The notes beneath the pieces are model-generated. The model was given only the letters and a program-made list of their open reading frames with translations, had not been told where the DNA came from and did not search any database. From positions 96,001 to 160,000 of the forward strand of contig JBDRWW010000001.1 of NCBI GenBank assembly GCA_039802605.1: a stretch of 64,000 bases of DNA, read 5' to 3'. A program made the position numbers and the translations under genes. Positions 55,895 through 64,000 of the stretch are shown in pieces. This stretch comes from a candidate division WOR-3 bacterium. Its GTDB lineage: Bacteria > Hydrothermota > Hydrothermia > LBFQ01. The first letter of the stretch is position 1, and every line of letters begins with the position of its first letter.

Positions 55895-56554
55895 GTGCTT
55901 ATAGCAATTGATGGACCCTCGGGAGTTGGGAAAACCACTGTGGCGAAAAAAGTTGCGGAGAAATTGGGTTTAAAAGCCGTGAGTACGGGTGCAATTTATA
56001 GGGCGGTCGCTTATGCGATTAAAAGGGAGAACATACCAACATATGATTTGAACGCCTTAAAGGATTTTTTAAAAGGTTTAAACATAGATCAGAAGTATGA
56101 GAACGGTGAAATTAAGACATACTTAAACGGAGAAGATATAACGGATAAACTGGATTCACCGGACATATCCGAGTTATCCTCTGAGATAGCCGCTATAACG
56201 GAAATTAGGGAATATCTCTTGAATATTCAGAGGAGGATAGCAAGCGACAACGCCGTTGTAGAGGGTAGGGATATAGGTAGTGTGGTTTTACCTTATGCGG
56301 ATGTAAAGGTTTTTTTAGATGCGTCCTTGGAAGAGAGGATTAAGAGAAGGTACAACTACCTTAGGAATAAAGGGATAAACATAACATTGGAGGAAGTTCG
56401 CAACGAAATATTGGGTAGGGATACAAGGGACAGGAATAGGAAAACCGCACCCTTAGTGAAACCAAAGGACGCATTCTATATAGACACGACTTACATGACG
56501 GCGGACGAGGTGGTAAACAAAATTATAAAGATTGTTAAAAGTCTTGTGGTATGA
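55895..56554 (+). CDS. cmk: Cytidylate kinase
   Basis: IAIDGPSGVGK.T, TGA.YRA, EGRDIGSVV.P.A..K.FL.AS, RD.RD..R..APL. Confidence 0.95.
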   Translation: MLIAIDGPSGVGKTTVAKKVAEKLGLKAVSTGAIYRAVAYAIKRENIPTYDLNALKDFLKGLNIDQKYENGEIKTYLNGEDITDKLDSPDISELSSEIAAITEIREYLLNIQRRIASDNAVVEGRDIGSVVLPYADVKVFLDASLEERIKRRYNYLRNKGINITLEEVRNEILGRDTRDRNRKTAPLVKPKDAFYIDTTYMTADEVVNKIIKIVKSLVV

Positions 56555-57150
56555 AGGTAATTATAGGTTTAACCGGAAATGCGGGTTCTGGAAAAACAAC
56601 GGTGGCCAACATTTTAAGGGAAATGGGTTTTTCCGTAGTGGATGCGGATAAAGAGGCTCACAAAGTACTAAAACACCCAGATGTTATAGAATTTTTAAGG
56701 AAAAAACTACCCGAAGCGCTAAAAAACGGTGAAGTTGATAGAAAGGTTTTAGGTGATAGGGTTTTTTCTGATGAGAAATTCAAGGAAGAGTTTGAGAATT
56801 TGGTAAGGCCTTTGGTTATAGAGAGGTTAAGGGAAGTTATACAAAATATACCCGACAATGTTGTCGTCGTGGATGCGGCGCTAATATACGAATATGGTGT
56901 ACAAGATGCTTTTGATATTATAGTTGTGGTATGGGCGCCGGAGGAGGAACTCGTAAAAAGACTTGTTGAAAGGGGAATTCCAGAGGAAAAGGTTAAAGCC
57001 ATCTTAAAACATCAAATACCACAAGAGGAAAAGTTAAAGTATGCGGATTTTATAATACGCAATTATGGTTCAATTGAAGATGTCAGAAAACAGGTTTTTA
57101 AAGTTTTCAGATCAATAATGAGAAAGTTGGAAGAACTGGAAATAGGATGA
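56551..57150 (+). CDS. coaE: Dephospho-CoA kinase
   Basis: IGLTG..GSGKTTV, DAD..AH, DR..LG..VF, K...ADF.I.N. Confidence 0.93.
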   Translation: MKVIIGLTGNAGSGKTTVANILREMGFSVVDADKEAHKVLKHPDVIEFLRKKLPEALKNGEVDRKVLGDRVFSDEKFKEEFENLVRPLVIERLREVIQNIPDNVVVVDAALIYEYGVQDAFDIIVVVWAPEEELVKRLVERGIPEEKVKAILKHQIPQEEKLKYADFIIRNYGSIEDVRKQVFKVFRSIMRKLEELEIG

Positions 57151-58844
57151 GAATTTTAGGAATTCACGACGGTCATACCGCTACGGCTTGTGTAATTGAT
57201 AACGGAAAGTTAAAAGCGATGGTTTCCGAGGAGAGGATATGGCATAAAAAGGAGATGGGGGGCTTCCCTACGGAGGCCATAAAGGAGGTTTTATCCCTTT
57301 CGGGTTTAAAACCCGAAGATATTGATAAAGTTGCCGTTGCAACATTAACCCCTCCACTTTTACCCGAACACTTTTCCGATCCCGGTTTTCCAAGAAATAT
57401 ATACCAAAGTATTTACAGGTTCATACCTAGAAGCATTTTGCAGGGGGATGAATATGTGGATGATGTGGTTGGTTTTATAAATAAAATGTCCAGAAGGAGG
57501 GAGTATATTGAAAGAAATCTCAAAAGTTTGGGGATAAACGCCGAGGTCGTATTTGTTGAACACCACTTAGCACATGCATCTTCCGCATTTTTCGGTTCGG
57601 GTTTTGATAAAGCCCTTGTAATAACCCTTGACGGGGCGGGAGACGGTATAAGCGGCACCTATTATGTGGGTGAAGGTTTAAACTTATACCTGAAAAATAG
57701 AATATCCGCATATAACTCTTTGGGGGAGTTTTACACGAGGATTACGGAATACTTAGGTTTAAAACCCCTTTCCCATGAATACAAGGTTATGGGCTTAGCC
57801 CCTTATGCGGATAGTAAAATAGCGGAAGGTGTTTATAAAAAGGTTAGGCGGTTCTTTGAGGTTAAAGGGGATAGGATTATCAACCGCAGTGGGGTTTATA
57901 AAAGGGATTATTTGCGGCTGTTTAAAAAGGTTTTCTTTAAGGTTAGGTTTGACATAATCGCGTATGTTGCGCAAAAGGTTTTGGAGGATGTGGTTTTTGA
58001 ATGGGTTGCTAACATTAAGGGCGGATACGATACCGTGGCGCTTGCGGGTGGGGTTTTTATGAATGTGAAGTTGAACTTTGGTTTTCTTGAAAGGTTCAGC
58101 AATGTGTTTGTAATGCCATCCGCTGGCGATGAGAGTTTGGCCTTTGGGGCGGCCGCTTATGTTTCCGCTCAAAACGGTATAAAGCCGGAACCCATCGGCG
58201 TTTTGTATCTTGGGAGGGAGTTTTCGCAAACAGAAATTGAAAGGGCTTTTGAGAATTTGGATGAAAAGGAGTATAAAATTGAAAGGATTGGAAAGGATAT
58301 ACACGAGTATGTCGCGGAGTTATTAAGCGAGGGTTGGATTGTGGCGAGGTTTTTCGGGAAATCGGAATGGGGGGCAAGGGCACTTGGGAATAGGTCTATA
58401 TTGGCAGACCCTAGGAGTTTAAATGTGGTTTCAAGGATAAACAGGGCTATAAAACATAGGGATTTTTGGATGCCGTTTGCACCTTCGGTTTTAGACGAAG
58501 ATTTTGAGGATTATTTTATCGTCCCTACAAGGAGCAAAAGCGAAAAGTATATGATTTTGGGTTATCCGTCAAGGCCAAGGGCTCAAAAGGAGATACCCGC
58601 AGCCCTACATCAGGGAGATTTAAGCGGGAGGCCACAGGTCGTATTTAAGAATGACAACCCGGAATATTACTCCCTAATAAAGAGGTTTAAAGAAAAAACC
58701 GGAGTGGGTGCGGTTTTAAACACTTCTTTCAATTTGCACGGATACCCCATTGTTTATACCCCAGAACAGGCTATTTTCACACTTATTAATTCCGATTTGG
58801 ATGCGTTGGCGATAGGGGAGTATTTGGTAAGGAAGATTAAATAA
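57147..58844 (+). CDS. O-carbamoyltransferase, NodU/CmcH/TobZ family
   Basis: EER, EHHLAHA.SAF, DG.GD, SLG.FY, EYKVMGLAPY, AGGV.MNVK.N, EWGARALGNRSILADP, PFAP, LNTSFN.HG.PIV. Confidence 0.92.
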   Translation: MRILGIHDGHTATACVIDNGKLKAMVSEERIWHKKEMGGFPTEAIKEVLSLSGLKPEDIDKVAVATLTPPLLPEHFSDPGFPRNIYQSIYRFIPRSILQGDEYVDDVVGFINKMSRRREYIERNLKSLGINAEVVFVEHHLAHASSAFFGSGFDKALVITLDGAGDGISGTYYVGEGLNLYLKNRISAYNSLGEFYTRITEYLGLKPLSHEYKVMGLAPYADSKIAEGVYKKVRRFFEVKGDRIINRSGVYKRDYLRLFKKVFFKVRFDIIAYVAQKVLEDVVFEWVANIKGGYDTVALAGGVFMNVKLNFGFLERFSNVFVMPSAGDESLAFGAAAYVSAQNGIKPEPIGVLYLGREFSQTEIERAFENLDEKEYKIERIGKDIHEYVAELLSEGWIVARFFGKSEWGARALGNRSILADPRSLNVVSRINRAIKHRDFWMPFAPSVLDEDFEDYFIVPTRSKSEKYMILGYPSRPRAQKEIPAALHQGDLSGRPQVVFKNDNPEYYSLIKRFKEKTGVGAVLNTSFNLHGYPIVYTPEQAIFTLINSDLDALAIGEYLVRKIK

Positions 58845-58920
58845 AAATGCAAATAATTCAGTTTAAGGGGAATATCGGCTTTTAAATTCCAAAATTAACC
58901 GCATTATAATATTTAGTGGT

Positions 58921-60429
58921 ATGTCTCATAAAAAGCCAATATCCCGTTTGTACGTGGGTTTGATACCATACAATTCACTATCCATGCCAAAGGTACCGAA
59001 AAGGATTCCTTGGTGGATGAAATATATTCCAATCAAAAAACCGCTTATATGGTTAAATCCCTTAGATGTGCTAAACGATCCCGTAAAAATATACGATGTC
59101 TTGTATTTAAAGAAGTATTTTCCAATTTGCGGATTTTTGACGAGCACCTACGAACTCAAAATTTTCAAGAATTTCTTAGATTTTATGGGGATAAGACTTG
59201 AAAAATTGTTTGATAGCGTTGAGATAATGAAGGGCGAAAAATATGAAAAATTTTACAATTTTGATGAAGAAATAAGAAGTGGTTTATCGGCATCATTTTT
59301 ATTGGGTTTAAACATTTGGGAAAAAGTACCGATGAAGTATATTTCTGCAATTTTTAAAGAAAAAACTTCCGAGATCATAAAAGAGATGGAAAGGTTAGGT
59401 TTGGGAAAGAAAAACGGTGTTTATTTGGTTTTTAAGGAAATCCCGGACTTTCCGGTGTATGAGCATCACATACAAAACATCCTATATTCAATAAAAGGGG
59501 AAAAATACATAAACCCTTTAAGGATCGCCTACGGATTACTCACCCTTTGTGAAGAAGGAATTAATATATGCGGGTATATGGATTACATCTTAAACCTTTG
59601 TGAAGATTCCAAAAGCGAGGGCAAAGGGGTAATGCTATCCATCTTGGGTATTACCAATGCAGCTTTATGTTTAAATTCAAAAATTTTAATAGAATTAAAA
59701 GAACCACAGGAATATGTGAAATTAAAGGTGAGCCTTTGGAAAAAGGTTTGGATGGGTGAATTTTTGGGAGCATTTATAAAAACGGATGAGCCGGAAATAA
59801 CATTTTTGGAGAACTACATAGCGCATTTAAAGAGTAGGGAAAGGGTATATGAATATTTAAGGGTGTGCTTTGATGTGGGAGTACAACTATTAAAAGACGG
59901 AGGGTTGAAAGCGAAGCTGTTCTATCCATTAATATTTGAGGTTTCCGTAAAATTATCGGTAATAACGGATACCGTAGTTTGGAATTTTTCGGAGGATAAT
60001 ATGGGGAGAATTATAAAGGGATATTTAAACTGGAAGGTGGGCGAGGGTGATGGGGATAAACTCTTAGAAACGATTAATGCCGTTTTCAAAGAGGATTTGA
60101 ACCCCGCAATGGAATCCATTTTGGAGATTATCCTTTTGGACTTGGGAAAAACAACAAACATTACCCAAAGCATATATCCTTCCTGGGCACCGCTACTCTA
60201 TGCGAATTTGTATATATACTCCAAAGACGACATTGAAAGGCGAATGCTTTTAAACGCTTTTATAACTTCAATCATAGATTACCCATCCGGAATATTCTTT
60301 TTGGGGAATAAAATAGCATATTTAATTGGAGATTTGAAGAAATACGCAAAAAACTTTCTTGAAGATGTTAGAACTTACATTATTACAAACGGTTTGCACG
60401 AGTTGATTGAAAAATGGAATTTTAATTAA
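58921..60429 (+). CDS. Orphan protein with a winged-helix-like segment and helical C-terminus
   Basis: 502-aa ORF in AT-rich sequence, own -10 box (CCGCAT-TATAAT 58899-58910, 10 nt upstream); no family motif recognised. Confidence 0.6.
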   Translation: MSHKKPISRLYVGLIPYNSLSMPKVPKRIPWWMKYIPIKKPLIWLNPLDVLNDPVKIYDVLYLKKYFPICGFLTSTYELKIFKNFLDFMGIRLEKLFDSVEIMKGEKYEKFYNFDEEIRSGLSASFLLGLNIWEKVPMKYISAIFKEKTSEIIKEMERLGLGKKNGVYLVFKEIPDFPVYEHHIQNILYSIKGEKYINPLRIAYGLLTLCEEGINICGYMDYILNLCEDSKSEGKGVMLSILGITNAALCLNSKILIELKEPQEYVKLKVSLWKKVWMGEFLGAFIKTDEPEITFLENYIAHLKSRERVYEYLRVCFDVGVQLLKDGGLKAKLFYPLIFEVSVKLSVITDTVVWNFSEDNMGRIIKGYLNWKVGEGDGDKLLETINAVFKEDLNPAMESILEIILLDLGKTTNITQSIYPSWAPLLYANLYIYSKDDIERRMLLNAFITSIIDYPSGIFFLGNKIAYLIGDLKKYAKNFLEDVRTYIITNGLHELIEKWNFN

Positions 60430-61811
60430 GATATAGGCTTAGCACGATCCGTTTGAAGGATGGAAGTTAAGGTGTAATAAGCGTTAAACCCCTTATTCCT
60501 TAAAATCTTTGCCATTTGCCTGCTTTTAATACCCTCTTTGCATACAAAAACATATTTTTTACTTTTATCAAGGTTGTCTATGTTATCCATAAACTCAAAG
60601 AAATCAACCCTTTCAAGGTCTATAATAACGGCGCCTTCGGGTATATGGTACATAAAAATCTCCTCTTCCAATTCATAACCACCGGATACGGGTATTTTCT
60701 TTGCAGAATTTATAACCTCTTCCAAGGCATTTATAACCTTTTTTTCTTCGGATTTAACCTCGGAAAGTTTGGCTTTTGGTGGTGGGGGAGGGGCTATAGC
60801 GCAGTATTCCGGAATCCTCTCCGAAATTGTATATGTCCCTATTACCCTACTCAATCGGATTATCTCCTCCTTATCCATAAATATCAAGGGTCTGAAAACG
60901 GGCATATTTACCGATTCTTCTATAATCCGCAAGTTGTGTATTGTTTGTGTGGAAACCTGACCCAAGGACTCTCCGGTAATTATTGCATCCGCCCCTATAT
61001 TTTTAGCCAATATCTCCCCCAACCTATACATAGCCCTTTTTAAAATTATAAGCCTGAGCTTGGGTTTTACATTGGACAGGGCAATTAAAACAGGCGAAAA
61101 ACCAAAAACATAAAATTCGGGTTCGTATCCGAATATCCAATCGTTATAAAGTTTATTGACAATTTCATATGCACCAACAACATGCTCCTTTCCCCCCAAA
61201 TCGAAGAGGACAAAGGTTATTTTTAAACCCCTCTTCAAACCCATCCAAGACGCAACGGCCGAATCAAAACCCCCGGAAATCAACGAAATGGCTTTACCTT
61301 GGGAACCCGATGGAAATCCCCCTTGTCCCTTATAGGTTTCCGTAAAGGCATACAAATCATCCCCCCTTATTTCAAGGTTTATTTGGATTTCGGGATTTTC
61401 CAAATCAACACCGGAAGAAAGGTCGTATAAAGCGCTTCCCAATTCGCTTTCCAACTTTCTTATGGATAAACCCTTATCCCTCGTTTTAACCCTTACGGCG
61501 AACTTCTTTCCCCTAACACTCTCCCCGAAGGTTTCCCTTATGGTTTTCTTTAATTCCTCCAAACCTTCAAACTTAAAGTGATAGGTAGGGGAAAAAGAGC
61601 TTATCCCAAACACCCGGGATAGAATTCCTGAAATGTTTTCATCACTTTCCACATATATCCTGTCCCTATCCCTCCAAACCTTTCCCAAAATTTTGTTCCT
61701 TTTAAGCGCCTCTTCTATGCTCTTCTGAAGGTTAAAAATGAGTTGTCTTTTTAAACCCTCACCCTTTGTGAAAATCTCGGAAGAATACCTTACAAGCCAA
61801 ACCTTACGCAA
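60426..61811 (-). CDS. thiI: tRNA 4-thiouridine synthase with THUMP domain and C-terminal rhodanese-like domain
   Basis: SEIFTKG, VDLENP, SGGFDS PP-loop, TGESLGQVSTQT..N, RPL..DK.EI, EYC, C-terminal VCKEG..S. Confidence 0.92.
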   Translation of the reverse strand: MRKVWLVRYSSEIFTKGEGLKRQLIFNLQKSIEEALKRNKILGKVWRDRDRIYVESDENISGILSRVFGISSFSPTYHFKFEGLEELKKTIRETFGESVRGKKFAVRVKTRDKGLSIRKLESELGSALYDLSSGVDLENPEIQINLEIRGDDLYAFTETYKGQGGFPSGSQGKAISLISGGFDSAVASWMGLKRGLKITFVLFDLGGKEHVVGAYEIVNKLYNDWIFGYEPEFYVFGFSPVLIALSNVKPKLRLIILKRAMYRLGEILAKNIGADAIITGESLGQVSTQTIHNLRIIEESVNMPVFRPLIFMDKEEIIRLSRVIGTYTISERIPEYCAIAPPPPPKAKLSEVKSEEKKVINALEEVINSAKKIPVSGGYELEEEIFMYHIPEGAVIIDLERVDFFEFMDNIDNLDKSKKYVFVCKEGIKSRQMAKILRNKGFNAYYTLTSILQTDRAKPIS

Positions 61812-62775
61812 CTTTAACGCTTTCCAAATGCCTTATATATTCATCCGCCATGATAGCTGCGGTTGCGCCATCCGCTAAGGCATGTACGAGTTGCCGTAAG
61901 GGCTTCACCCTACCATCTCCCGCCACGAACAATCCCGGTGTTTTTGTTTTTGTATCCTCCCCAACCAATGCAAAACCCCTTTCATCCAAATCCACATAAT
62001 CCTTTATCGGATCGTTCACGGGTCTCAAACCTATGTATATAAAAGCGCCATCAACCTCCAAAAAACTCTCCTCACCGGTTTTGGTATCCTTTAATCTCAA
62101 CCCTTTTAAGAACCTATCCCCCACGAATTCAATAACCACCTTGTTTGTGAGGATTTCGGCGTTTGGGTGGGATTTGAGTTGTTCAACATAATACCTCTGC
62201 GCTCTGAACTCATCCCTCCTGTGTATGAGGTATAACTTCCCCACCATGTTCAATAGGTATAAGCCTTCGGTAAAGGCGGAATCACCACCCCCTATAACCG
62301 CCACCCTCTTACCTTTAAAGAAAGCACCATCGCATACGGCACAGTAGGAAACCCCCCTACCGGTAAGCTCCTTTTCACCGGGAACACCCAATTTTTTTGG
62401 TTCGGCACCCGCCGCCCATATTACCGCCTTAGCCGTGTGATCCCCTTCCGTGGTTTGAAGGATAAATATACCGTTTTCCCTTTTTATGGACAGAACCTCC
62501 GCAAATATTATTTCCGCCCCGAAATCCCTTGCATGTTTCTCAAACCTTTCCGCCAACTCGGGACCCTTCGCCCTAAGACCTGGATAGTTATCAACCTCAT
62601 CCGTGGTTGCTATCTGTCCCCCTATAGCGCTCTTTTCAAATACCACGGTTTTCCGGAGGGACCTAGCGGCGTATATTGCTGCTCCCAAACCCGCAGGCCC
62701 ACCTCCCACAATTGCTATATCCCATTCCCTATTATCGCTTTTACTCTCAATATTTTCAAGCTTAAACTCCAACAT
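61804..62775 (-). CDS. trxB: Thioredoxin reductase
   Basis: GGGPAG, GGQ, NYPG, GVSYCAVCDG, GGGDSA..E, HRRDEFRA, AGD; 10 nt after CAGCCT-TAGAAT. Confidence 0.95.
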   Translation of the reverse strand: MLEFKLENIESKSDNREWDIAIVGGGPAGLGAAIYAARSLRKTVVFEKSAIGGQIATTDEVDNYPGLRAKGPELAERFEKHARDFGAEIIFAEVLSIKRENGIFILQTTEGDHTAKAVIWAAGAEPKKLGVPGEKELTGRGVSYCAVCDGAFFKGKRVAVIGGGDSAFTEGLYLLNMVGKLYLIHRRDEFRAQRYYVEQLKSHPNAEILTNKVVIEFVGDRFLKGLRLKDTKTGEESFLEVDGAFIYIGLRPVNDPIKDYVDLDERGFALVGEDTKTKTPGLFVAGDGRVKPLRQLVHALADGATAAIMADEYIRHLESVKVA

Positions 62776-62810
62776 AGCGGTAAGAATTCTAAGGCTGAAA
62801 GTTTTTCAAC

Positions 62811-63734
62811 CTACCAAATTTCCGAACCATCGGGAATGGTTTCGTTGTTTAAAACCTTAAAGGGTCCTATCACACAATTTTCACCGATAACGGTATTTCC
62901 GAGAAGCGCAACAAAGGGATATATAATACTGTCTCTGCCTATCTTTACGGAGTATTCAACATAAACATTTTCTGGCATAATAAATGTGACGCCGTTATCC
63001 ATATGATTTTTCTTAATCCTCTCTTGCATTACACCCTCAACAATTGCCAATTGTTCCCTCGTATTAACCCCTAGAATTTCCCTCCAATCCTCCGCCTTGA
63101 TAACCTGAACATTTTCAAAAAAATTAAAAACATCGGTTAAATAATATTCTCCTTGGGAATTGTTTGGGGATATTTTTTCCAGGGCTTTAAACAACTTATC
63201 ACCCCTAAATATGTAAAAGCCCCCATTAACCTCTTTTATTTTTCTCTCGTTTTCGTTTGCATCCCCATGCTCAACTATTTTTATAAACCTATCCCCATCC
63301 CTAACTATCCTTCCATAACCTTCTGGATTTGGAACCTCTGCGGAAAGGATTACGGCATCCATGTCGGTTTTAAGCATTATATCAAGCATATTTTTTATGG
63401 TTTCCGTCTTTATTAACGGGGCATCCCCGGGGGCAACATAAATAATCCCATCATTAATAAATTTTCCAACCGTATTAACCGCATCACCCGTTCCCCTTGG
63501 TACCTCCTGAACAACAACTTCTACATTGGGATATTTACCGCAAACACTTTCCAATGTATCCTCGTTTTCGGAATTCCCAACCACAAAAATCTTTTTGGGA
63601 TTTAAGGGAATGCAGGCTTCTATCGACCATTCTATCATCATCTTTCCAGAAACCTTATGAAAAACCTTTGGAATTTTTGATTTTATACGCTTTGATAGGC
63701 CCCCCGCCAATATAACCGCATAAAACTTATCCAT
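62811..63734 (-). CDS. glmU: GlmU-like N-acetylglucosamine-1-phosphate uridyltransferase with a truncated beta-helix
   Basis: LAGG..KR.KS..PKV.H, Q...GTG.AV, GD.PL, P.GYGRIVR, IVE..DA, NNSQGEYYLTD, GVN.R.QLA, GVT...P; stops at 307 aa. Confidence 0.85.
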   Translation of the reverse strand: MDKFYAVILAGGLSKRIKSKIPKVFHKVSGKMMIEWSIEACIPLNPKKIFVVGNSENEDTLESVCGKYPNVEVVVQEVPRGTGDAVNTVGKFINDGIIYVAPGDAPLIKTETIKNMLDIMLKTDMDAVILSAEVPNPEGYGRIVRDGDRFIKIVEHGDANENERKIKEVNGGFYIFRGDKLFKALEKISPNNSQGEYYLTDVFNFFENVQVIKAEDWREILGVNTREQLAIVEGVMQERIKKNHMDNGVTFIMPENVYVEYSVKIGRDSIIYPFVALLGNTVIGENCVIGPFKVLNNETIPDGSEIW

Positions 63735-64000
63735 TTTCCGGAGTTAGTTCTCTCTTTACCTTCTCTTCAATATATGCCTCTAAAACATCACCCACCTTAA
63801 ACTTTTCAAACCCTTCAAGTTTTATTCCACACTCATACCCCTGTTGCACCTCTCTAACATCATCTTTATACCTCTTCAAGGAGGCTATACGGGTTTCTGC
63901 GAGTATGGTCCCATCCCTCCTTACCTTTATCTTCGCATCCCTCCTAATTGTACCGCTTATAACATAACAACCCGCAACATTCCCAGCGCTTGTGGAAAAC
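63727..64000 (-). CDS. infB: Translation initiation factor IF-2, C-terminal part (5' end outside the window)
   Basis: Manual translation: ...GNVAGCYVISG.IRR...VRRDG...IASLKRYKDDVREVQQGYECGI...GDVLEAY...; stop overlaps the glmU start. Confidence 0.92.
   Translation of the reverse strand, partial: FSTSAGNVAGCYVISGTIRRDAKIKVRRDGTILAETRIASLKRYKDDVREVQQGYECGIKLEGFEKFKVGDVLEAYIEEKVKRELTPENG

Overview
Gene-dense, AT-rich bacterial chromosome segment, almost entirely housekeeping. It carries about 60 CDS and one tRNA-Thr(CGU); no CRISPR array, IS or prophage was seen. Lys/Glu-rich proteins, very short intergenic spaces, LPS genes, a group-II GGGP synthase and secretion-tail (CTD-like) proteins suggest a streamlined thermophilic diderm near the FCB group, e.g. 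WOR-3/EM3 (inference only). Content: tRNA modification (miaA, mnmA, thiI), recA-PUR-dnaG-rpoD-cinA, murB-ftsA-ftsZ-ftsX, gyrB, ligA, serS, radA, LPS/glycosylation genes, amino-acid catabolism (two acyl-CoA dehydrogenases, a carboxyltransferase, hutU), a minimal PTS (HPr plus a shortened EI), cmk-coaE-carbamoyltransferase, and infB-glmU(short)-trxB-thiI. Signals most worth follow-up: (1) nearly every transcription unit starts with a TANNNT -10 box only 6-12 nt before the start codon (leaderless or near-leaderless mRNA), mostly without a canonical -35 but with two recurring unusual upstream elements (CAMCYT-like and MACGG-like); (2) normally exported protein families begin with very short (7-12 aa) uncharged hydrophobic N-termini; (3) a separately promoted 73-aa ORF with a pure Asp/Glu/Trp repeat tail; (4) two orphan, possibly paralogous wHTH-helical-repeat proteins, one in a decaying islet at the tRNA 3' end; (5) co-divergent FtsA/FtsZ behind an AT-rich palindromic intergenic region shared with recA. 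All calls come from motif reading by eye; no database searches were run.
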